Below, one piece after another: positions 52,285-56,945 of a stretch of DNA of 56,945 nt. Position numbers and translations under genes: made by a program. Origin of the DNA: Balamuthia mandrillaris (Eukaryota); the NCBI GenBank assembly GCA_031835245.2, contig JAVKOQ020000093.1, forward strand, positions 124,001-180,945. The letters are read 5' to 3'. The number at the start of each line of letters is the position of its first letter. The stretch's first letter is position 1. The notes under the pieces were generated by a model. That model was given only the letters and a program-made list of their open reading frames with translations, did no database searches and was not told the DNA's origin.

Positions 52285-55200
52285 TTACATTACTTCCAAA
52301 GACTGATAAAATGCAGAAGAACTTCCATGCTTCCAACTTGCTCTTGCTGCCCATAATCTCCAGACTCGTTTACAACTTTTCTTACATTGTTCCATCTCTT
52401 GAGCTCTGTTACATTTCTTTCCACTTGACAGGAGCTTTGTTGTACAGTCTTCAATAATCAGCTTTCTGACTTGTTCTTCACTTCCATTGTCCACACTCCA
52501 GTTTCTAAAGCGATCTTCCCAAAGGTTAGGACACCTTAACAGGAAGTGTTCTGCTGTTTCTTCCTCAGCATCACATGCAGGGCACTTGCTATCCACCTCA
52601 GACTGCTGAATGGATCCCCACTTTTTTCCAATAGGCAGTCCACCACAGCGAATAGCATTCATCAAACGTTCTTTCCTTGGGTTGGTAATCACTAAGCTCC
52701 GTTGTTGTCCAACCAAACATCTTCCATTTGTCAAGAAGTTATGCCATAGCCATGCTCTTGTTCCTCTTTCTCCTTCAGCTGCATACTCCATCTTGGCTAC
52801 TCGAGTTAAGGCCCTCATCCTCTTGGCTTTCTTTTCAACAACTGTCGTTCCGGCACCTCCCTCACCTTCATTCTTCTCCCCTTCCTCTTCACTTGCTTGG
52901 CTTACCTCTTCAAGTAGCTCAAAGTGGCCATCTTGCCTCTCAGCATGATGAATTACTGCTTGTCTTTCCAACTCACAGTAGGCCTTGATGGTCAACCAGC
53001 CCAATTCTGCTCTACAAACCCCCGCCACAGTCCTTCGATGAACTTGCAATACACTTCTTGCTGTCTCATTCCACACAGCTTCGATCTTCTTCCACCATGA
53101 TTTGGAAAGCTCTGTCATGCATAGTCCATATGACAAGGTAGACTTGACAATAGCCTCTGCAACAATCTGGGCAGTGCGTGTACCAAGGCCTTGAGCAATG
53201 GCTCCCCGCTGCCTAAGGCTGTAGAGGGCTTGCTTGGCCTTGGTGATCCTCTCCTTGGCATGAGTTGTCCATTCCCCACTTTCTTCAAACCACAGTCCCA
53301 GGTACTTGGCCTCCTTCACCCGTTTCCCAGCCTCCCCCTTCAGTCTCCACTCTTGAAAATGAGCCTTCTTTCCTTGTACTAGCACCACTGATTTCTTTGC
53401 ATTGAACTGAAGTCCCAGAGCATTCACTGCCTCCACTGCTACATTCAATCTTCTCTGAAGCTCAAATGGGTCGCTGGCCACCACTGCCAAGTCATCTGCA
53501 AACAACAAGCAAACATTCCTTGCTTTATCTCATCTTTCCTTCTCCTCTGCAGCTTGTAGCTTTCTTGCCACCACATCAATGTATACATTGAACAAGAATG
53601 GAGACAAAACTCCTCCTTGCTTAACTCCTCTTTCCACCAGAAATTCCTCTGAAAGCTGCCCATTCATGCGAATAACACTCGTCATACCATGGTACCACTC
53701 TGTAATGATACCCCCTGCTGCCTCTTCTGCTCCTCTTTTGCGTAATGTCCTTGCCAGTATGTCATGGTCAAGCATGTCATATGCCTTGCTGATATCCAAC
53801 AGAGCAATATAGGTACGTTCTTTGCTTCTCTTCATCAGGCATTTCTTCAACCGCCACACCTGATCCATGACTCCCCTTCCTTTTCTAAATCCCCCCTGGC
53901 AATTACTTATCCACCCTTGCTCTCTTGCTTGTATGTTCAATTGTACCAAGATAGCTCCTTCAAACACCTTGGCTGCATTGCATAGGAGAGTAATACCTCT
54001 ATAGTTTGCTGGATTCTGGGGATCTCCTGCCTTATGCAAGGGAATAACCACCCCCTGTTTCCACTCCTTGGGGATTATGCCTTGGTTCTCAATGACCTTG
54101 ATCAGCGTCCAAGTTGCATCTTGCACATGTTTGCCTCCATACTTCATCATTTCCCCATCAATATTGTCCACCCCAGCTGCTTTGCCCACCCTCAATCTTT
54201 TCCTCCATGCAAGATTAAAACTCTCCTTCTTAAGCCAGTTACTACCAGACCACGGCAGTCCTTCTGGACCTGCTTCCTCTCGATGCAAGCTCCCAATGGA
54301 AGAATCCTTCCTTCCCAGCTTTGCCCAATGTTCCTTGAAGGCTGCCGTGCTACCGTGGTGCTCCCTAACTGCTTTGGGCTCTGCTCTACGCTTTGCCACT
54401 ATCCTCCACATGTTGCCGATCCATTTCTGCATTTCCTTGATGTTCTCTTGTCTTTTCCACTTCATCCAGTCCCATTTGTTGGCTCTCCACAACTTCACAA
54501 ACCTTTTCCTGAGTTCCACAAATTCCTCTCTGGCCTATCCATCATTCTTTCCTTCTCTTAGCCACTGAGCATGGGCTATCACTACCTGCTTGTTCAAGGA
54601 TGTTAACTCTGCTGTCCACCATGGCTTCCTTGCCCTGCTCGTTGTTGCTCCTATCAGTCTCCTTTCTCTACCAAACCATCTCATTGCACAAACCCACAAT
54701 CCTTTTTTCCACTTGCTCCAAAGATCTTCAACAGTAGCTGTTCCCTCCCGTGTTTTCTTGACCATGGCCTTCCATTCCTCTCCTTTGAAGAAACGCTTGC
54801 ACCCGCGTTTGTACTCCCTCCACCTCCTCTTGCGATCTTCCTCCGAGTAGGACTTCCACTTCCATCGTTCCATCCAAACCCCGCCACAATTATCTGCTGG
54901 GTCCTTCAACTCGACTACCAGTGGTCGATGATCGGTCCAAGCTTGCCATCTGTCACCAACTACCTTGCCCGGCCATCTCCATGCTACCACATAGTCCACA
55001 ATGCTCTTTCGTTTTCCAGCTCTCCATGTAAATACTGGCGCTTCCTCTTCGAGCTGAGGCAACGAGAGGGCCAGCCTTTTGAAAGCCTCCACCAACACCT
55101 TTCCTCTCGTGTTGTAAGTAGATTCACCTCTACCATTCCATCCCTTTCCAACCCTGGCGTTCCAATCCCCTCCAATAATCAGGGGTCTTCCTTCCTTGAC

Positions 55201-55590
55201 CACGTCCAGGATTCTTTTCTCAATCGCAGCCAAGGTGACCTTAAAGTTGTCCACGGTACCTCCTGGAGGGAGATACACTATACCGATTATAAAGATGCAA
55301 CCCTGTCCCGCCAGTTCCACCCAAGTGGAGTTGGGTGTTCGCCACTCTTTCCTTTCTCCGATGTTCCCCTTGAAGCCCTCTCGAACAAAGAAACCTGCGC
55401 CACCCCTTCCATAGCCACTCCTCCCTGGAGCAGCCCCTCCACCCATCCACCGATACCCCACCAATCGAGGGGCAACCATCCTCCTATGTTCGCACACTCC
55501 AATAATGTCAAATTGCTTACTGTCAGCCCAACAGCTGACCAATTCCTCTTGTCCCCAGCCCCTAGAGTTGACAAACGCTACTGAAGTCAT
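52285..55590 (-). pseudogene. LINE ORF2 (apurinic endonuclease, reverse transcriptase, C-terminal zinc finger) with two in-frame nonsense codons
   Basis: APE: FVNSRG, IIGVCE, VYLPP, GGDWNARVG, SIVDYV, TDHRPL. RT: KAAGVDNI, NYRGITLL, QGGFRKGR, LDISKAYD, GVKQGGVLSPFLFN, LFADDL, KYLG. Zinc finger: CPACDAEEETAEHFLLRCP. Stops are TAG 54535-54537 and TGA 53530-53532, and all three pieces share one frame. Confidence 0.93.
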
Positions 55591-56942
55591 TGGGTCTCCT
55601 CTCCTTCCTCCTCCACAATGTCAGACCAGTTGGCAGCACCATGATACTCCTCCTCCGCCAGCGCGATGCTTGAGAGTTCCAAAGAGCTGTCCAAGGCCAC
55701 TGTTCCAACATTCTCCTCCTTTTCCTTCTTCTTCTCCATCTTTCTTTGCTCTTTAGGCTTCCACAGCGGTTTACCTTCATTCTTGGCTTCTTCAATTCGG
55801 GCTTTGCCCACCCACCCGCGGGTAAAAGCATACAGCCTGGCTCTTTCCGCAATAATGTCTTCGGCAGCCTGGGCCGTCTCCAAAGTAACTCCCCAATGCT
55901 GCGTGCCATTCTTCTCTCCTACTTTCCACACTCCGACGTGCTTGAGCCCCAGCTCGAAGATCCTCTCACTTACCTTTTCCTTCTTAAGGTCCTTACCGCT
56001 CACCACAATCGATCTGCCCTCCACCGCCCCTACCTTGGAGTAGGGACTGGCAAAGCCATACTTTGGTTTTACTGTAGACCAATAGTTCGGGGCGGTTACT
56101 GTATCTTTGGTCCACGTCCTCCTGTATATGTTGGAGTTATCCTGCCAACATATCCCTTGTTCCTTTGCCATTTCTTCCTTCCAGTATTCCAAGCTTGGCG
56201 CGCTGACCGTAGTTGCCGGTGGAGGGAAATTCCTTTCCGCAGTAATCATATCACACCGCGGAGCTGATCCGACCACCTCCGCGTAAGACCGTTGGGAACC
56301 CAGAGTAAGGCCGCCTTTGGTACTATTTGCACTTCCTTTTTCCACCATAAGATTATTGATCTCCTTGTCGAGGGATTCAATCAGGTCCCTGAATCGTACA
56401 ATCACTGCGAGTGAGAGTACGCCTGCCTCGGAGAGCTTACCACACTCGTGAGAAACACGGCTAATACAATCAAACCGCAGCGCCACTTGACTATTGGTTC
56501 GCTCCTTAACGCCGTCTGCACTGACTGAGTCCGAATCAATCTTCCCCTTGGGCACAACACTTGTCCCTTCCTCTCGGCGGGGCGAATCCGCTACCGAGTT
56601 ACACTGATCCTCTGCCCCTCTGTCGTCCTCCTCCTTTTGGTTCACCCTGGGAGAAGGAATCTTGACTGTGGTAGTGTTCAGGTGCCCATACTTTTCCACC
56701 GCAAACTTGAACGCTTCCTCCAGAAACTGATTTAGCTTGTCCCCTTTGACAAAACACTCGGGGATCTTTGTCTCTTTTTGCACAGCTTGCAAAGCGGGCT
56801 TCCACGAACGATTACCGTTTAGGGTCCCCAGTCTAAGACGTTCCTTCATGGCCAGATCCACCCATCGACGTAGGACCTGTTCCCTCTCCTGACTGTCAAT
56901 CAATTCAGTGCTCTTGCGTGGCAGAGTCCTATTTTTCCGCAT
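55587..56942 (-). CDS. LINE ORF1 (putative nucleic-acid chaperone), possibly 5'-partial
   Basis: 451-aa ORF directly upstream of ORF2, containing SYAEVV (a common ORF1 motif) and a coiled coil. Its TGA overlaps the ORF2 ATG. Confidence 0.75.
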   Translation of the reverse strand: MRKNRTLPRKSTELIDSQEREQVLRRWVDLAMKERLRLGTLNGNRSWKPALQAVQKETKIPECFVKGDKLNQFLEEAFKFAVEKYGHLNTTTVKIPSPRVNQKEEDDRGAEDQCNSVADSPRREEGTSVVPKGKIDSDSVSADGVKERTNSQVALRFDCISRVSHECGKLSEAGVLSLAVIVRFRDLIESLDKEINNLMVEKGSANSTKGGLTLGSQRSYAEVVGSAPRCDMITAERNFPPPATTVSAPSLEYWKEEMAKEQGICWQDNSNIYRRTWTKDTVTAPNYWSTVKPKYGFASPYSKVGAVEGRSIVVSGKDLKKEKVSERIFELGLKHVGVWKVGEKNGTQHWGVTLETAQAAEDIIAERARLYAFTRGWVGKARIEEAKNEGKPLWKPKEQRKMEKKKEKEENVGTVALDSSLELSSIALAEEEYHGAANWSDIVEEEGEETQ

Positions 56943-56945
56943 TTT

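Larger units (their letters stand above)
52055..56945 (-). mobile_element. LINE (APE-type non-LTR retrotransposon), running off the window at its 5' end
   Basis: ORF1 plus ORF2 (APE-RT-CCHC), a 3' UTR with AATAAA at 52081-52076, and a (TAC)4 tail at 52066-52055. Confidence 0.93.

Noticed and set aside
53530..54537. Programmed readthrough or an alternative genetic code explaining the LINE stops
   Set aside because: Host genes here use TAA, TAG and TGA as normal stops. Two different stop codons at unrelated positions are better explained as mutations.

Overview
This is gene-dense, intron-rich eukaryotic DNA, not prokaryotic: short GT-AG introns full of CT/GA microsatellites and very short intergenic gaps. 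The gene content (Shk-type kinase-SH2, PIR121 with a proline tail, VP39-like cap methyltransferase) suggests a free-living amoebozoan such as Acanthamoeba or Balamuthia, which is an inference. Positions 1-46.6 kb hold 16 host genes: MON1, a C2/permuted NlpC-P60 protein, a GST, a CREB-like bZIP, a GT4 glycosyltransferase, a RhoGAP-WD40-TKL kinase-SH2 fusion, an FHA-FYR protein, an F-box/WD40 protein, an intronless secreted lectin-like protein, CANT1 apyrase, QCR7, a VP39-like cap 2'-O-methyltransferase, NOL6/Utp22, CYFIP/PIR121, an LRR protein and a DUF72 protein. Positions 46.7-56.9 kb are an accessory, mobile-element-rich zone with a secreted Kelch gene and a near full-length LINE whose ORF2 has two nonsense codons. 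The highlight is a 738-bp element (47375-48112) bounded by terminal inverted repeats and flanked by TA. It carries a Fanzor/TnpB C-terminal fragment followed by a structured omega-RNA-like tail. Copies of its left end, which contains CCAAT and E2F-like motifs, recur elsewhere: one sits inverted in front of a host F-box gene, and another helps bracket an orphan eIF5 fragment. Gene spans are read by eye, so internal exon boundaries are approximate.
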